Part shown: positions 62,801 to 64,000 of the stretch, one piece after another | Numbering within the stretch: position 1 is the first letter of the stretch | Layout: every line of letters starts with the position of its first letter | Assembly (NCBI GenBank): GCA_964057225.1 | Contig: OZ059897.1 | Coordinates: forward strand, 9,238,001-9,302,000 | DNA: 64,000 bases | Source of the DNA: Auanema rhodensis | Taxonomy: Eukaryota; Animalia; Nematoda | Direction: 5' to 3' | Notes under the pieces: model-generated | Seen by the model: the letters and a program-made list of their open reading frames with translations, nothing else | Told to the model about the DNA's origin: nothing | Databases searched by the model: none | Made by a program: the position numbers and the translations under genes

Positions 62801-64000
62801 ACGATGGTACTGACTTGCATACTGTTGTTGCAAAGCAATTGGGTATAAATAGGAATAGTGCCAAGGTTAATAAAAAAAGTAGAAATCTTAAAGCCAAGAA
62901 ACTTTAAATCAATAATCTGTTCTAATCTGAACGTTTTTTTCCTAGTTTTAGGTAGTTTTGAAATTATCTGCAATATAATAGTTACAAAAATATTTCGTTA
63001 TTTTTGTATTCCCAATTCTGTTTTAGATATTAAATTATGCTCGATTATATGGATCTGGTCAACGTCATGCTGAGCTTTCACTTGTTCAAAGTGGAGTACC
63101 TCCTAACGATGCTAAAAAAATCAGTAGAGATCTATTTGCTCTTACAAAGGGGACTATATCATTGTATATTATTGTTTTTAACGTAATATGTAAGTTTAAT
63201 GTTTAGTTGGCGTCGACTGCAATCATCTTTGGTACCTTTGCTGGATCAATTTAAACATGATGGAGGGACTGTTACAACTTTAGGGTTTGATGGAAATTTC
63301 TATTTACCTTCATATTCCAATATGTTTAAGTATGAGTTTTAACTATATCTTTCATTTGTTATTTATTGAATATAGAGATGGTGTTATAAAATTTGAAGAT
63401 TGGTTATTAACAAAGTTGAACGAGGGAGGGGTCATGTACAATCCCGAAGATGTTCTTCCACTAATTTATGAAAATTTTGGAAAGGAATATTCATTATATT
63501 ACGGGGGATAGTGAGTCAATATTATTATCCTCCTTATTTATTTATTTAGCGAGTCAGCAACATTTAATTTCCTCGAAGAAGAAACAAGAAAAAAATTATT
63601 AAGAACTCCAGTGCTGGACTGTCAATTAGGCGATTCATTAGCCCAATTATCAGAAGATGTTCCAGATAGGTATGCATTTAATGCTAAGTATAAGCGCTCT
63701 GTAATGAACTGGGTAACTCAGGAATAGTTTTAAAAACTGTAATATAAATTTTAAGCTAGTGCAATCTTCTGCAGTAGATTTCTTACATTTGCTACTCCTC
63801 TGCATGGAAGGATTTTGTTCAACATATGATATTAAATGCCGTTTCGTGATATCTATACATGATGAGGTATTCCAAAATTGAAATTTGTATATTCAATTAA
63901 TATCGTTTTAGATACGATATCTCTGTCCTAATGAGGAAGCAGCTCGTGTTGGTTTGGCATTAATGTTAAGTAATCTGTATGTGAGAGCTTTCATAACTGA
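59817..64000 (+). CDS. polg-1: Mitochondrial DNA polymerase gamma catalytic subunit (runs off the window; start is ATG 59817 via a microexon, or ATG 59888)
   Basis: Exo I LVFDVETC, Exo [18 protein letters not shown], Exo [11 protein letters not shown], Pol [11 protein letters not shown], Pol [17 protein letters not shown], Pol C ISIHDEIRYL. Arg-rich presequence-like N-terminus ending RRYSS. Confidence 0.96.

Overview
Eukaryotic, AT-rich nematode (rhabditid-like) genomic DNA with dense, mostly 40-60 nt introns, so the ORF track shows exon fragments; gene models below were assembled by hand from splice sites and reading frame. Left half (1-33 kb): the 3' end of an unidentified gene, a BTB-domain gene with about 10 kb of gene-free upstream sequence, and four secreted Cys/Gln/Pro-rich CX3C-repeat genes of the ABU/PQN (pharyngeal-cuticle) type. 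All four have a signal peptide and a furin site, and one has a 3.1-kb exon. Right half: neprilysin (nep-11-like), a non-NPA aquaporin, a CIP2A homolog, and rsr-2, sinh-1, pqn-87, trpp-5 and polg-1 (runs off the window), a block I recall as neighbours in C. elegans. Most notable: (1) RSR-2/SRRM2 has no RS domain, and its stop codon overlaps a splice donor that could join it in frame to SIN1 through an 11-nt microexon. (2) Both operon-like junctions share an AATAAA, nearby AG, microexon, short intron layout. (3) A hidden TACTAAC-flanked exon could replace the Cys-rich C-terminus of the first cuticle protein with an acidic Tyr-rich tail. (4) Two GC-AG introns and many AAG acceptors. No tRNA, rRNA, CRISPR array or recognisable mobile element was found.
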